In this document: piece by piece, positions 56,249-57,308 of the stretch
Layout: each line of letters begins with the position of its first letter
Position numbering within the stretch: position 1 is the stretch's first letter
Made by a program: the position numbers and the translations under genes
From: Alphaproteobacteria bacterium
GTDB taxonomy: Bacteria; Pseudomonadota; Alphaproteobacteria; UBA2966; CAIVPW01
Assembly: GCA_018658465.1 (NCBI GenBank)
Contig: JABHVE010000016.1
Span: forward strand, 1-57,308
DNA length: 57,308 nt
Direction of reading: 5' to 3'
Notes under the pieces: generated by a model
What the model saw: only the letters and a program-made list of their open reading frames with translations
Told to the model about the DNA's origin: nothing
The model's database searches: none

Positions 56249-56734
56249 ATGGGAAAACGGTCAAAATACGGTGGGGGTCCGCGCACCTTGGGGACGGTTT
56301 TACCCCAAGCCACCGACCCCATCGCCCGCCGCCGAGGATTTCAGAACGGCGAAATCCTGACCCGGTGGGCGGAAATTGTCGGATCTGAGGTCGCCGAAAA
56401 AAGCAGCCCGGAGCAGTTAAGCTATGCCCAAGGTAAGGGCATCGGCGGAACCTTGCGGGTGCGTGTTGAAAGCGCCTGGGCCCTGGAGCTGCAACATTTG
56501 GAACCGGTGATTGTTGAACGGATCAATACGTTTTTTGGCCACGCAGCCGTCTCCCATTTGAAGCTGATCCAGGCTCCCTTGGGCAACGATTCCCCCCACG
56601 AGCGAGCGCCAACACCAGAGGCCACAGAGGCTCAAGCCCAGGCCGTGGACCAAGTGGTTTCCAAGGTCGACGATGAGGATTTACGCGCCGTCCTGCGGGC
56701 ATTGGGGGAAAGCGTCGCGGCCCGCCAAAAATAA
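56249..56734 (+). CDS. DUF721 (DciA-like) protein
   Basis: ILTRWAEIVGSEVAEKSSPEQL...GTLRVRVESAWALELQHLEPVIVERINTFFG matches the DUF721 pattern. It is divergent from mutY, as is common in alphaproteobacteria. Confidence 0.75.
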   Translation: MGKRSKYGGGPRTLGTVLPQATDPIARRRGFQNGEILTRWAEIVGSEVAEKSSPEQLSYAQGKGIGGTLRVRVESAWALELQHLEPVIVERINTFFGHAAVSHLKLIQAPLGNDSPHERAPTPEATEAQAQAVDQVVSKVDDEDLRAVLRALGESVAARQK

Positions 56735-56863
56735 TCTGGACTCTCGTGTACGTTCCAGGCAGGAATCCATATACTCATACTACATCTTGTGGCCGGAGAC
56801 TGTTTTGACCCCAGTTAGAGTAGAAAACCCACCCACGGAACCTCAAGGCTGGCCTAGAGTCTG

Positions 56864-57308
56864 ATGCATTTCACCCGCCTTCGCCTTGCCGGTTTCAAGT
56901 CTTTTGTGGAGCCGTCCGAACTGCTGATTGAACCGGGAATGACCGGCATTATCGGCCCCAACGGGTGCGGCAAATCCAATTTGGTTGAAGCCCTGCGCTG
57001 GGTCATGGGCGAGGCATCGGCAAAAAAGATGCGCGGCGGCGGCATGGATGACGTGATCTTCAACGGATCCGGCAATCGACCCCCCAGAAATATCGCCGAA
57101 GTGTCGTTGCGGTTGGACAATGCCGACCGATCCGCCCCCGCCGCCTTCAACGATTCCGACGATTTAGAAGTCGTCCGCCGTATCCAACGGGAAAGCGGGT
57201 CGAATTACGCCATCAACGGCAGCGAAGCCCGGGCCAAAGATGTCCAATTGATGTTCGCTGACCTGTCCACCGGGGCCCATTCCACGGCCTTGGTCAGCCA
57301 GGGCCAGA
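56864..57308 (+). CDS. smc: Chromosome segregation ATPase SMC; N-terminal fragment that runs off the window
   Basis: Hand translation from ATG 56864 gives [50 protein letters not shown], with Walker A. There is no stop before the window end. Confidence 0.9.
   Translation, partial: MHFTRLRLAGFKSFVEPSELLIEPGMTGIIGPNGCGKSNLVEALRWVMGEASAKKMRGGGMDDVIFNGSGNRPPRNIAEVSLRLDNADRSAPAAFNDSDDLEVVRRIQRESGSNYAINGSEARAKDVQLMFADLSTGAHSTALVSQGQ

Overview
The window looks like an alphaproteobacterial chromosome. The evidence is housekeeping synteny (ETF-QO/TPR/ispE and rnhB-ccrM-mutY-DUF721-smc) and an orphan CcrM methyltransferase. The left ~42.5 kb is a surface-glycan island and the right ~15 kb is ordinary housekeeping.

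The island has three parts:
- Part (i), from before nt 1 to 26062 on the + strand, is a ~26 kb chain of about 23 tightly packed, often start/stop-overlapping genes. It carries several different amide-forming and N-acyl chemistries: an adenylation enzyme with a carrier protein, an ATP-grasp ligase with an enolase-type epimerase, a FemAB-like transferase, AAC(3)-like and GNAT acyltransferases, and two formyltransferase folds. It also carries methyl- and carbamoyl-transferases and redox enzymes. The only sugar-building enzymes are an aldo/keto reductase, a divergent NeuB-like synthase and a cytidylyltransferase. An MsbA-type ABC exporter and two paralogous ~625-aa proteins of unknown function complete it.
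- Part (ii) is a PIG-L deacetylase on the - strand followed by a short + operon (sulfotransferase-like protein, FkbM methyltransferase, GT4).
- Part (iii), 41332 down to 30834 on the - strand, is an export operon: a six-SLBB Wza-like protein, an enlarged YjbH, a GT4, cysD, cysNC and a Sel1 lipoprotein. yjbF-like and yjbE-like genes flank it in rearranged orientation.

I recognised no rRNA, tRNA, CRISPR array, transposase or integrase. The best candidate for something undescribed is the hyper-tailored, probably sulfated and carbamoylated glycan pathway, with its unknown paralog pair and its non-canonical yjb/gfc-type export module. All functional calls rest on motif recognition by eye; no database search was run.
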